Source of the DNA: a virus | IMG/VR virus record: IMGVR_UViG_3300042330_000854 | Coordinates: 1 to 64,000 of that record | Reading direction: 5' to 3' (one strand) | Length of the DNA stretch: 64,000 nucleotides | Part shown: positions 10,198-20,480 of the stretch, one piece after another | Layout of the letters: the number at the start of each line of letters is the position of its first letter | Numbering within the stretch: position 1 is the stretch's first letter | The notes under the pieces: model-generated | Databases searched by the model: none | Told to the model about the DNA's origin: nothing | What the model saw: only the letters and a program-made list of their open reading frames with translations | Program-made: the position numbers and the translations under genes

Positions 10198-12075
10198 AAA
10201 AAAAGGTAAAGCCTTAGTTTTTTCGTAGTTTATTAAACATACTCGGATGAAAATTCTTGATTATCTTCTTTATCATAAAAGTCCTAAATTAAATTTAGGA
10301 GAGGCAGGCTCTTTCATCATCAAATGTCCTACTTTTATAGTTTATAATACAATATTATTTAAGCGTTGTCAACTAAAATAATTCAATTTCCGTAAAATCT
10401 AATGCAATGCCTATAGCGGAATAATCATCAATATTAATTTCTTCAGGTTTAGGTAAATTGTAAAAATCTCTATTTCTGTTATTATGAATAACTTTATGTG
10501 GAGAATCTTCATTCCAACCCATCATATGTCGCCAAGCTCTAACTCTTTTTAAATGTTGTAATTTTAATTGTGGCTCAATATCATAAATTAAATGATAAGC
10601 GTAATCACCTGTATCATCAAATATGTTATATGATATATGAAAATAATAATATTTTCCATTAGTTCGTAACCAACCTGTTAAGGGCTGGTCATACCAATCT
10701 GATATATGAATATGATCGATTTTATGTTTCATTATTTTTGTTTTAAACATGTTTTTATAATTTTAACAATTCAATTACTACTTCTGTTTCATTTAATATT
10801 TTAAACTTATATTTGCTATTTTTAAACTGCAAATATCTCCAATTATTAGAAGGCTCTAAATGATAACTATTACTATAACATTTACAAATTAATACTTTTT
10901 CTTTATTAAAATACCATTGATGGAATATTTCACTTCCATATTTAAACGCTGCTTGATTTTTTAAAATTTCTCTATTTATATCTTTAATTTTGAATAAATT
11001 TTGTTGTGACATTTCCAATGATGTTTTTAAGTTTATTAAATCAAGCTTAGATATATTCAATATTAAATTATTATGACCATAAAATATATCAAAATTTTCT
11101 AAATTATCATAATAAATCAATAAATCAGTATGAATTTGTTGAACACGGTCTGTAAAAATATATATATTTGGTAATGTATTAATAAGATTTTTATTTGTGT
11201 TATAAATATTATAATTTTTATGATAGAAACGTAATCTACTTTTAAAATAATTAAAATTTTTATCAATTAAATTATGATTTTTATCAATTTCTAATAATTC
11301 TTTATGAATTTTTTCTAAATTTTGATTACAATCTTCATTTAACTCAATATAAAAAAAATTTTGACCATTTACATCACATTTAAAAACATTTATTAAATGG
11401 TCAGAATTTGTAATTACTTTTATATTATTAAAATTTAACATCAATTAAATTACCTTTTTAACATTATTTTTTATTAATAGCATCATTTACAAGATGAAAA
11501 ACATCTTTATTACTAATAAAATCATCAATTGGGATAAATGCGCGTTCCTTAGAACGATCATAGCCACCATAATTCCATGTTGTTTCAACCAAATAAGTAA
11601 TATCAATTTCTGTAGAATCAGGTACAAATTCTAAAATACCACTATTTTGTTCAACCAAATCTTGAATACGAGATAATAACCATTGATTATATCGATTTAA
11701 ATTTTCTTTTTCTTCTTCAGTTAAAGATGATAAATCTAATTGTCCCTGATCATTAATTAATTTTTTCATAATATTTCTCCTTTATACGAAATTGATTAAC
11801 ATAAAATTTATTTATAATCATCACTATGTCTTGAATCATAAATTTGTAAATTTAAATGTAATCCAAAAACACCAATACATAATGAAATACCGCTATGATC
11901 CATAGATTTTGGCGTTATAGTTAATTCGATTTGAAATAAACTACTTAAACTATAATATAGTTGACATTCAAAAAATTTATATTTTGATAATTTTTTAGTA
12001 ATACAAAATATATTTTTGAAATAATTAAAAAAAGGTTGATAAATGTGAATATTAATCATTTTATCTTTAAAAGAA

Positions 12076-12098
12076 TTAAGGGAGAATTTCTCCCTTAA
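12076..12098. terminator. GGGAG..CTCCC hairpin terminator
   Basis: ttaagggaga-att-tctcccttaa overlapping the stop of the DUF2828 gene. Confidence 0.6.
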
Positions 12099-13477
12099 TA
12101 ATCATACCGATCTTGCACAATAGTTTTTAACATAACTTTTTCAGGAGATAAATCACCACCAAGTAAGGATTTTAAAATTGTTGGACTAAAACCAGAAACC
12201 AATGCAGTTCCACTACTATGAATGGTAACAGGAACATTACCAACACGACCACTTAAATTCCAAAATACAATTTGTGGTAATTTATAACCAGATTGAGCAT
12301 ATTTTTCTTTAACCATTTCATACATGGATAAATCTTTTGAATCTTCTGAACAAGCATCAAATTCCATATCGGAAAGAATAAGAATTTTTGTTGGCATTTG
12401 ATCTTCTTTGACCGAAGATTTTTTAGCAGAATTAAGAACAAGGTCAAATACTTTTTGAATATTAGTATTATAACCCCAATCAGATTTACTCATTGATTGA
12501 TAACGTTGTGATAAATCTCCAACTAATTTTACAAAATTTGGACGTTCACTAAAAGTAATAAATTGGTCTTTAAAAACACCAACATTGCGTTCTGAAATAT
12601 AAAGCCCAAGTGAAATAGCGGCATCCATTGCTGTAACTTGCCCAGAAATTGGTTGATCCATGCTTCCACTTACATCAACTACGGGAAGAATACGTTCATT
12701 TGAACCTTCCATATAATTTGGTAATGCGTTCCATTGTGCAACGCTTACAACTTTATCGCCATTATTCAATGAACGAATAACATCATAAGGATAAACAGCA
12801 CCAGCATTAACTTTAGCTTCACCTTTGGTTAAAGCAGTTTTATAGCTTTCATAACGATCAGCATCATGCTTTTTAAAGGCTTTCTGATAACGACCAGCAG
12901 CAACCGAAGGAACATGGTTGTATTCAATTTTATCCCATTCTTTAGCACACATTTGTTGTTCAACGGTTGCAGAAAGATTAACCAATAATTTACGATAATC
13001 TTTTGGAGTTAAACGAAGATAAGCACGAAGTTTATTTGCATCATCGCCTTTTCGTGGTGCCCATTTAGCTGCCAAGCCATTTTTATCGCGCAAAGAATTT
13101 GCGTAAAGCTTTAAAGCATTGCGTTCAATTTCAGTATTGAATGCAACAAAAATATCATCAAATCTTCCCAATTCAGGAAGACGATTTAAAACTTTAACAG
13201 CTAATTCTTTGTTTTGTTCAACAAGAACTTTAAAAAGTTTACGGAAAGTTTCGCGTTCACCAGCACCATTGCGAACATCGCGTGCCCAAAGCAAATTACG
13301 AATTGCTAAATCTTGATTTTCAGCTAATGCTTGGATAAATAACGCGGAAATATCTTTCTTACGACTTGCGCCGATTTGAAAAAATAAATCAACATTGTTG
13401 TTTAATGATGAAAAATTTGTAACAGCACCATTTTCAGTTAATGCAGTTGTATTGATCGCTTGAAATAAAGAAGTCAT
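12095..13477 (-). CDS. DUF2828 / TROVE(Ro60)-like protein with C-terminal vWA domain
   Basis: TENGAVTNFSSLNNNVDLFF, ARDVRNGAGER, AAKWAPR, vWA MIDAS VDVSGSM, ILSDMEFD, IVFWNL, LVSGFSP. Confidence 0.85.
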   Translation of the reverse strand: MTSLFQAINTTALTENGAVTNFSSLNNNVDLFFQIGASRKKDISALFIQALAENQDLAIRNLLWARDVRNGAGERETFRKLFKVLVEQNKELAVKVLNRLPELGRFDDIFVAFNTEIERNALKLYANSLRDKNGLAAKWAPRKGDDANKLRAYLRLTPKDYRKLLVNLSATVEQQMCAKEWDKIEYNHVPSVAAGRYQKAFKKHDADRYESYKTALTKGEAKVNAGAVYPYDVIRSLNNGDKVVSVAQWNALPNYMEGSNERILPVVDVSGSMDQPISGQVTAMDAAISLGLYISERNVGVFKDQFITFSERPNFVKLVGDLSQRYQSMSKSDWGYNTNIQKVFDLVLNSAKKSSVKEDQMPTKILILSDMEFDACSEDSKDLSMYEMVKEKYAQSGYKLPQIVFWNLSGRVGNVPVTIHSSGTALVSGFSPTILKSLLGGDLSPEKVMLKTIVQDRYDY

Positions 13478-13491
13478 TGGTTTTTTCCTTT

Positions 13492-13530
13492 CAGATTAAA
13501 ATTAAAATTTATTTGCTGTAATTAATCTTT
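13492..13530 (-). promoter_or_regulatory. CAGCAAA stem-loop in the DUF2828 leader (putative autoregulatory site)
   Basis: AAAGATTA-ATTACAGCAAA...TAATCTG directly abutting the SD AAAGGA; same motif as the free-standing copies at 34.4-34.8 kb and 44.5 kb. Confidence 0.65.
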
Positions 13531-13534
13531 GTAA

Positions 13535-13792
13535 TTAAGCTACGCGCCAAACGCGCAAACTTTTGCCTTGTTCAATTGTACGAATTGTAAATTTTTGAGT
13601 AGATAAATGTTTGGTTAAATAATTTCTAACTTTTGTTTGAGTAGTTGTAAAGCGTTCATTTGATTGACGATTAACTAAAATAGAATCACCAATTTCCATT
13701 TCGGAAAATGATCGAAAACGTTTTTTTAATTTTACTGTTTTAATATTTTCACGGCGCGGTAACGGAATACCTGATTGAATTTCATAAGTCAT
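13535..13792 (-). CDS. small IP.P / MEIGDS / RVWR family protein
   Basis: IQSGIPLP...MEIGDSIL...LRVWRVA; paralogues at 43356 and 43877. Confidence 0.7.
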   Translation of the reverse strand: MTYEIQSGIPLPRRENIKTVKLKKRFRSFSEMEIGDSILVNRQSNERFTTTQTKVRNYLTKHLSTQKFTIRTIEQGKSLRVWRVA

Positions 13793-13864
13793 TTTATATC
13801 CTTGATTAAATGTAAATTGTTTATACTAAAAATTAGTATGTAGTTCAATAACTAAATTTTTAAA

Positions 13865-14275
13865 TTATTTGTTTAAATCTTGATATCTAGGGAAATTATT
13901 ATGTCGCATAAACGAAACGATTTCACGTACATTTTTATACCGCATATCTTCAATATAAACTGATGGTGATAAATTAGAATTTGTTTTCATAAAAGCGATT
14001 AATTTTTTCATATAACCGTTTTTTCTATGAGATTCTTTTGTATAATAACTCCAAACATAAGAACTAGAATAATAATCATAAGAAATTAAAATAAAAGAAA
14101 TTGGTATTTTGTTATAAAATAACATAGCAGAATGATAATCTGTAATATATTTTCGTTTAATATCTTTAATAGTCAAACAAATTCCAGATTGGTCTTCTTC
14201 ATTAAAATGTAAACGATGTTTTTTAGCAATATTTATTAAATTTGTTTTATTTTTTGTATACTTCATAGAAATCAT
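13865..14275 (-). CDS. GNAT-like acetyltransferase
   Basis: YTKESHRKNGYMKKLI motif A-like. Confidence 0.5.
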   Translation of the reverse strand: MISMKYTKNKTNLINIAKKHRLHFNEEDQSGICLTIKDIKRKYITDYHSAMLFYNKIPISFILISYDYYSSSYVWSYYTKESHRKNGYMKKLIAFMKTNSNLSPSVYIEDMRYKNVREIVSFMRHNNFPRYQDLNK

Positions 14276-14350
14276 TTATAGCTCCATAATAAATTAAGAG
14301 GATAATATTATCCTCTTAATTTACCGGATAATTTCTTTTAGTCAAGAGAA

Positions 14351-14641
14351 TTATCGCAAGTATGAAAAACCATAAGGACCAGCATTGATCCAAGTTTCTT
14401 TATTAAACAAATTACCACGAGAATGTTTAGCAGGCGCTTTCCAACTAGCGCTTTTTAGAAAATCACCGTTGGTTTTATCAATAAAACCATAAGCGCTGCG
14501 ATTACCATAAGAAATGCGAACAATACGAATGTATTTTGAACCAAATTCAAGTTCAAAACCAACTTGATTATTATCTTTATTTTGTTCTTGAACATAATCA
14601 AGAAAATTTTTCAGTTCAATAGAAAGATCAGTTGTGCTCAT
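14351..14641 (-). CDS. conserved phage early protein
   Basis: GSKYIRIV...SAYGFID...GDFLKSASWKAPAKHSRGNL. Confidence 0.75.
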   Translation of the reverse strand: MSTTDLSIELKNFLDYVQEQNKDNNQVGFELEFGSKYIRIVRISYGNRSAYGFIDKTNGDFLKSASWKAPAKHSRGNLFNKETWINAGPYGFSYLR

Positions 14642-14762
14642 TTCGTATCTCCTTAATGCGTTTCAATAAAGATAACATAACTTAAAAAGTATTTTTTGTC
14701 AATGATTAATCTTGTAATAAAATAGCCAATTGATTTGGAATAAAATCATATTCATTCTACAA

Positions 14763-15536
14763 TTATATAGCAGATATAGTTTCCGTCTTTACAATCTTCC
14801 AATTAGGATTGTTTGTTTTTAATATTTCAAAAACACCTTTAAAATGACCTAAACCATATGTAATTATCACATTATCATATTGATTAATTTTTTCAATTAA
14901 AATCTTATTTCTATCATTTACCAAAATTGATTTAATACTATTTTCGTTAATATCATCTTTATAAACTTTAGTAATTTTTACTAGTATTCTGAAAAATACT
15001 CTTAATACATGTTTATTAATTTTAGAAATTAAAGCAAAAGCTTCAATTAAATTAATACCATTTAATTTATTATTAGGCAAAGCAAGCTGTTCAATTTTTT
15101 TAAGAATTAAATCTCCATCCATATCAGCATTAACATTAATACCTGGAATATTGATATATGGAATATTGTTTTGCATTTGCAAACCAGTCAATAATGCAAT
15201 TTTTTTATAAATCTCATGTAACCCGCCAGGATAAGTAAGATTTAGTTTTTCAGCGATAACAGTTGAAAAATATAACTTTTCTTCATCTGATTTAGTTTTT
15301 TCTGGATTGTCTCTATTAGCCCCTTCATACAAATAAACATATTGGGAAGTAGTTTTATACTTAACTAATAGACTATAAATTGTGTTATAATAAGACGGTT
15401 TGGCGATATGAATCATACCAATAAAAACAATGTTTTTGTTGCCATCGGTTAAATGATAAATTGGCATTGTTGCTGGATGAAACAAACTAACCCCAACAAT
15501 AATTGATACAACAAGAACAAACATAGTTAAAAACAT
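14763..15536 (-). CDS. membrane-anchored TraB/GumN-like protein
   Basis: N-terminal TM; FIGMIHIA..YY, YLYEG, NADM, DRN, YGLGH. Confidence 0.5.
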   Translation of the reverse strand: MFLTMFVLVVSIIVGVSLFHPATMPIYHLTDGNKNIVFIGMIHIAKPSYYNTIYSLLVKYKTTSQYVYLYEGANRDNPEKTKSDEEKLYFSTVIAEKLNLTYPGGLHEIYKKIALLTGLQMQNNIPYINIPGINVNADMDGDLILKKIEQLALPNNKLNGINLIEAFALISKINKHVLRVFFRILVKITKVYKDDINENSIKSILVNDRNKILIEKINQYDNVIITYGLGHFKGVFEILKTNNPNWKIVKTETISAI

Positions 15537-16080
15537 TTATATTACCTTTCTATATTTTTTAATATAAGAAATATTGCCGCGAACATTTTTACATATCATA
15601 TATTCTTGTTATACTTTAATAATAAGAAGTTAATATGTAAAATATTTTTTGTCAATGATTAATCTTGTTGTAAAATCGCTAAAGTTCGGGCGGTTTCCAA
15701 ACTATCAGTTGAGCTATAAAATAATAAAACTGTTAAATCATAACGAGTTTTCATTTCATCCAACTCTTCATAACTTTTTTTGTATTGTTCAGCTAAAATA
15801 GTTGATAAAAATTTATCAACTATTTTATGTTGTAATATTTTATTTTTATAAAAATCAATATTAGTTAATTGAATTAAATTATTTTCTAATTCTACTATAT
15901 CATTTCTAAGTGCTTTAAGATATTGTTTAATCATATGTTTCATGTCGTCATTAGTACATGGAATAATATCAAAAGTATATGGATCGGATTTATTTAAAGA
16001 AATCCCATAATAGCGATTATGTATTTTACCTTTATTCAATTCATAAATTAATTTATATTTTTCTTGCATATTTTATTTCC

Positions 16081-16542
16081 TTAATCATAATTATTTTTCA
16101 TTTTACAATCATTAGAACTTTCAACCCTAGTTTTAAATGGTCCTGAATTTGGATATTGTTCTAATGTTTTTAAACTTGGGCATAATGTAGAAGTCCATCG
16201 TGAACCTAAATTAACTGACCACCAACCAGCAGCATAAATTTTATTTTTACCTACAAGATAAACTGGATAAGTAGCAGATTCTTGTTCTGAATATTTTTCA
16301 TGTTTTACAGGATAACCTTTAATTTCATAGATTATTTCTTCTACACGATTTAATGCATTCTCAACTGAAAATTTATTATTTTCACTTAATGAAATGATAG
16401 CATCTTCCCAAGTATCAAATTGTTTTTTTTCAAAATATGTTAGAGAAAAAATTTTATTATTTTCTTCAATTAATAAAGATAAACAAGCACCATCTCTTTG
16501 ATAAATTTTTGTTGTAGATGTTAATTCAATTATTTTATCCAT
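16081..16542 (-). CDS. conserved jumbo-phage protein
   Basis: YAAGWW...W..TLCP.LKTLEQYP.SGPFKT. Confidence 0.65.
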   Translation of the reverse strand: MDKIIELTSTTKIYQRDGACLSLLIEENNKIFSLTYFEKKQFDTWEDAIISLSENNKFSVENALNRVEEIIYEIKGYPVKHEKYSEQESATYPVYLVGKNKIYAAGWWSVNLGSRWTSTLCPSLKTLEQYPNSGPFKTRVESSNDCKMKNNYD

Positions 16543-16554
16543 TTTAACTCCATT

Positions 16555-16857
16555 TTAACTCCATTTTAAAAGCATTTCAACTTGGAAGGTATTATCTTGA
16601 TTTGGATGTTCTTTAAACCAATCATTTATATTTGCATATTTTTTATCATTTAAACAAAACCATTTATCATCTGTAAAAATTATTGCGGGTCCAGTTAAGC
16701 GATGCCATTTTCTTTCTTTTTTCATCCAAATTTTATTTCCTGTACCTAAATTTTCAAAAGCAGGAATATCATCATTTGGTGATGAAATAATAGCGTAAGG
16801 AATATCTCGATAATTATCAGTTATATATTTTTTACCATCAATATAATAAACAAACAT
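16555..16857 (-). CDS. HRxxGPA-family dispersed paralogue
   Basis: WHRLTGPA...HPNQDNTFQVEMLLKWS. Confidence 0.8.
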   Translation of the reverse strand: MFVYYIDGKKYITDNYRDIPYAIISSPNDDIPAFENLGTGNKIWMKKERKWHRLTGPAIIFTDDKWFCLNDKKYANINDWFKEHPNQDNTFQVEMLLKWS

Positions 16858-17855
16858 TAATTTAATTTCCTATTTAAAAAATCTAAATAACTTTCTTTAT
16901 AATCTAAAACTCGTTGCAATTGATATTTGGCACAAAAACGAATAAAATCAAAACCAATATTTTTATTATGTGGTTTGTTTAATTGAACGTCAATTTCTTC
17001 ATTTATAATTGTTGTAATTTCATTTGGTAAACAATTTAAATCAATTAATTCAACATTTCTTTTATACAATTCAGCAACAGTTGATTGATTTTTATTATGA
17101 TCAACAACCGTTTGTGTCATAAAATTAACCCATGAAAAACTTTTATCATGTCGATTATTAAAACATTCTAAAATTTTCTTTTCTCTTGCGCCAGGATAAG
17201 CAGCAGGAATATTATCGCCAGCATCGCCGCGAACACATTTTAAAAATAATGCTTTTTCTGCCCAATTGTGTTCTGGAATAAAATTTTTATTAAGATTGAG
17301 AATTTTTAATTTTCCTTGAGAATTAATTTTAAATTCTCTAATATCGCCATCTTTATCAATGATACCATTTAATTGAATGTGAATATCACGAATTCCATCA
17401 TACACACTTACGTTATGTTTTACTAATTGAACAAAATCAGAATCAGAACTTACAATAATATGTTCATCTTCTGGAAATCGATTAATCCAAGTTGCGATAA
17501 TATCATCAGCTTCACAACTGAGTTTTTTTAATACAACACAATTAGCGGATTTTGATAAAAATTGAATAAAATCATCAAAAGCTAATAAAGCTTCTTTTAA
17601 ATCTTCTTGTACATCGATTGGTTGATTTAATGCTGCAATTTTTCTATGGGCTTTATAAGATGGGAAAATCTTTTTTCGCCAACTTGAGGAATCCATAATA
17701 AAAACAATATTTGCTGGATAGAATTTTTTATAAAGCATCCTAGCACTGTTAAAAATCATATGTAAAGCTAATGCAGATTTAGCATAACTATCGCCTCTTG
17801 CCGTATGACGGCAACGATGAAATAAATTACTTGTATCAATTAATAAATGTTTCAT
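16857..17855 (-). CDS. rnh: T4-type RNase H / 5'-3' exonuclease (FEN family)
   Basis: LIDTSN, SWRK..PSYKAHR, EADDII, SSDSDFVQL, GDAGDNIP. Confidence 0.9.
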   Translation of the reverse strand: MKHLLIDTSNLFHRCRHTARGDSYAKSALALHMIFNSARMLYKKFYPANIVFIMDSSSWRKKIFPSYKAHRKIAALNQPIDVQEDLKEALLAFDDFIQFLSKSANCVVLKKLSCEADDIIATWINRFPEDEHIIVSSDSDFVQLVKHNVSVYDGIRDIHIQLNGIIDKDGDIREFKINSQGKLKILNLNKNFIPEHNWAEKALFLKCVRGDAGDNIPAAYPGAREKKILECFNNRHDKSFSWVNFMTQTVVDHNKNQSTVAELYKRNVELIDLNCLPNEITTIINEEIDVQLNKPHNKNIGFDFIRFCAKYQLQRVLDYKESYLDFLNRKLN

Positions 17856-17910
17856 TTGTTAAATTCCAATATTTCTTTTAAAATACTTGAAATTTAAACA
17901 ATAAGCAAAT

Positions 17911-17938
17911 AAAAAGAGGAAAATTAATTTTCCTCTTT
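17911..17938. terminator. hairpin terminator
   Basis: aaagaggaaaatt-aattttcctcttt. Confidence 0.6.
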
Positions 17939-18242
17939 ATGTGTATTTTAAAAGCATTTCTACTTGGAAGGCATTTGTTTGATTTGGATGGTCTTTCAAC
18001 CAATCATGAATGTTGTCATATTCTTTATCGTTTAACCAAAAACGATAAAATTCATCATTATCAATATAAGCTGGTCCCATTAATCTATGCCAAATAAAAC
18101 CTTTTTCACACCAAACTTTTTCTTTTTCTGCTTGATTTTCTAAAGCAGGTGTTTCTTCATCAGGTGAAGAAAAATCATCCCAAGGAATATCGTCATAATT
18201 CTCAGTTGTAAATTTTTGACCATCGATGTAATAAATATACAT
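17937..18242 (-). CDS. HRxxGPA-family dispersed paralogue
   Basis: WHRLMGPA...HPNQTNAFQVEMLLKYT. Confidence 0.8.
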   Translation of the reverse strand: MYIYYIDGQKFTTENYDDIPWDDFSSPDEETPALENQAEKEKVWCEKGFIWHRLMGPAYIDNDEFYRFWLNDKEYDNIHDWLKDHPNQTNAFQVEMLLKYT

Positions 18243-18260
18243 AAATGTTTTCTTTAATTT

Positions 18261-18288
18261 AAAAAGAAGGGAATATTCCCTTCTTTTT
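18261..18288. terminator. hairpin terminator
   Basis: aaaaagaaggga-atat-tcccttcttttt. Confidence 0.65.
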
Positions 18289-18685
18289 ATGGCTTATTGA
18301 AAAACTTAGTAACTGTTACTTTTTTTGGATAAACTTCTGTCCAGTCATCATCCCAAGTAGTGCCATCATAACTTGCATAATAACCTGTAATTTGAGCATA
18401 ACGAATGGTATTATCATCAACTTTTAATGAAAATACTTTTTCAGAATGTTCGCCACCACCTTCAGAATCACCCACTTCATGTTCTAAAGTAATTTCAAAA
18501 TTTTCATTTTCGACAAATCCATTTGGAATTTCTTCTTCAGTTAATGAATAAACAAAATCGGAAATTCCACTAGAATAAGAATCTTCATATTCATCTTCCG
18601 GTTGTGCGCTATTCATAAAATTATGTAATTTTTTCATTACTTGTTGAATTGGTAATGTTGTAAATTCTTCTTTTGTAATTGACAT
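18287..18685 (-). CDS. acidic phage hypothetical protein (tandem paralogue of 18689)
   Basis: MSITKEEF start; GxEGGGE...GYYASYDGTTWD...EVYPK. Confidence 0.7.
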   Translation of the reverse strand: MSITKEEFTTLPIQQVMKKLHNFMNSAQPEDEYEDSYSSGISDFVYSLTEEEIPNGFVENENFEITLEHEVGDSEGGGEHSEKVFSLKVDDNTIRYAQITGYYASYDGTTWDDDWTEVYPKKVTVTKFFNKP

Positions 18686-18688
18686 GTT

Positions 18689-19099
18689 TTAAATCCCTTC
18701 ATAAATAATAGTGTTTTTCATTGTTGGCTTAACTTCCAACCAAGTTTCCCATTCAATTGCATCATTGTTTTCATAACCTTTGATTTGTAAAATACGAATG
18801 TCGTTATCGCATTTAAATTCAATAATTGCTTCTTGTGGTGAATGTTGATCATATGAAAATTCATGTTTAATAATGTTAATTTTAAATGTGGAGCCAGAGA
18901 CAAAATTAGTTTCTTTTCCATTAATTTCAGGATAATCAGTGTTATCTTCTTCTAAAAAACAATTTACCAATTCTTCTATTTTATCATCTGAATAGTATGA
19001 TTCATCTCGGTCATCCCAATCACCAAAAATATAATAATGCAATTTATTGAAAATTTCTTTAATTGTCAACGTATTAAATTCTTCTTTTGTAATTGACAT
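18689..19099 (-). CDS. acidic phage hypothetical protein (tandem paralogue of 18287)
   Basis: MSITKEEF start; IEWETWLEVKP. Confidence 0.65.
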   Translation of the reverse strand: MSITKEEFNTLTIKEIFNKLHYYIFGDWDDRDESYYSDDKIEELVNCFLEEDNTDYPEINGKETNFVSGSTFKINIIKHEFSYDQHSPQEAIIEFKCDNDIRILQIKGYENNDAIEWETWLEVKPTMKNTIIYEGI

Positions 19100-19636
19100 G
19101 TTTTTTCCTTTGCAAAAATGTTTAATTTTAATAGTTTAAGGTACTATTAAACCTTTTCTAATATTTTTTCAATAAAAATTTCAATTGGAATATCTTGAAG
19201 ATATGATAAAGCCCCAATAGACATTGTTGTTATAAATATTGAGAATAATAATACAATAAAAAATGATATGATAATTTTCATGATTGTAAAACCAATAAAG
19301 TTGATTCGGTATTATTAATTTTAATTAACTCATCCAATGATATTTCAACAATCATCATATGATTGTCTTCATCGTTTTCCCAATAAACTTTATAATCTCG
19401 ATAAATTTCTTTTAATACATTTAAGTATGTTTCGGAACTTACTTTAAAATGATATAAATTGTCTTTTTCGGAATAATTGTAAAAATACATTCCTAATTCT
19501 TTTAAACTAGAAGATACAATTGATTTTTTCTCAAAATTACTTTGGTCTTCTGGGATCATAATAAATTTCATAAAATTTTTCCTTTAAACATAAATAGTAT
19601 ATTAGACTATTTTTTGCATTTGTCAAGAGGATAATT

Positions 19637-20461
19637 ATGCGTTTAAAAACTTTATTAGAAAAAATTGAAATGAATGAAATGCCTATTCAGAATTTTCAAT
19701 CTATTGGCAATCCTTTAGATAAAGGTGGAAGCTTTGATAAAACAGATCGAGCTATTTTGTCAAGTGAAAAAGGCATTGAAAAAATTAAAAGAATTTTTTC
19801 AAATTCAGAATTTTATTGGAATTTATATTTTATTAACAGTGGGCGTTTACGCAGCAAAGGCGAAATGGGTGTTTATTCATTTAATGATTTTCAAAAATTT
19901 ATGGATAATGAAAATGTTGATGTTAGCGAATTAAAAGAAACTGATCCAAGCGCAATTAATGTAGTTTTTGTTTCTAATAGTGCAGCAAATAAAAATCAAT
20001 TATCGGCTTGGATTTTAGCTCACAGAATTGGTCATGCAATAAGACGTAATAATCCTTATTGGGATCAATTAATGAAAGATACACAACGCGAACTTTCTTA
20101 TGCAGTTAGAAGTGTTTATACAAATCAATATGATACCTTAGCTAATTATCGCTGGGATTGGTATGATAGTAATACTTATACCAAATCACCACAATTACAA
20201 ATGCTTTGCAGTTTAGGTAAATTTAAATCTGCACGTGAAAAGAAAATTAGAAATTGTTATGAAGCAAATTATGAATTTTTTGCCCAATATGTGATTAATA
20301 ATCAAATTAAAATGAACCCAATGCCTGAAGTTTTTAGCAGAGTTAGATCAGAATATGATTTAGATGACCGTCAAGATTATGCTGATAATTTAGCAAGTAT
20401 GTTTGAAGCTAATTTTCATAATGTTTGTTCATTTGCTAAAGGCAAATGGTTAATTATGTAG
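19637..20461 (+). CDS. putative virion/head-packaged protein with HxxxH motif
   Basis: MRLKTLLE..EMNE leader; WILAHRIGHA; late-promoter-like CATAAATA upstream. Confidence 0.55.
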   Translation: MRLKTLLEKIEMNEMPIQNFQSIGNPLDKGGSFDKTDRAILSSEKGIEKIKRIFSNSEFYWNLYFINSGRLRSKGEMGVYSFNDFQKFMDNENVDVSELKETDPSAINVVFVSNSAANKNQLSAWILAHRIGHAIRRNNPYWDQLMKDTQRELSYAVRSVYTNQYDTLANYRWDWYDSNTYTKSPQLQMLCSLGKFKSAREKKIRNCYEANYEFFAQYVINNQIKMNPMPEVFSRVRSEYDLDDRQDYADNLASMFEANFHNVCSFAKGKWLIM

Positions 20462-20480
20462 TTTATGTAAAGGAAATTTA

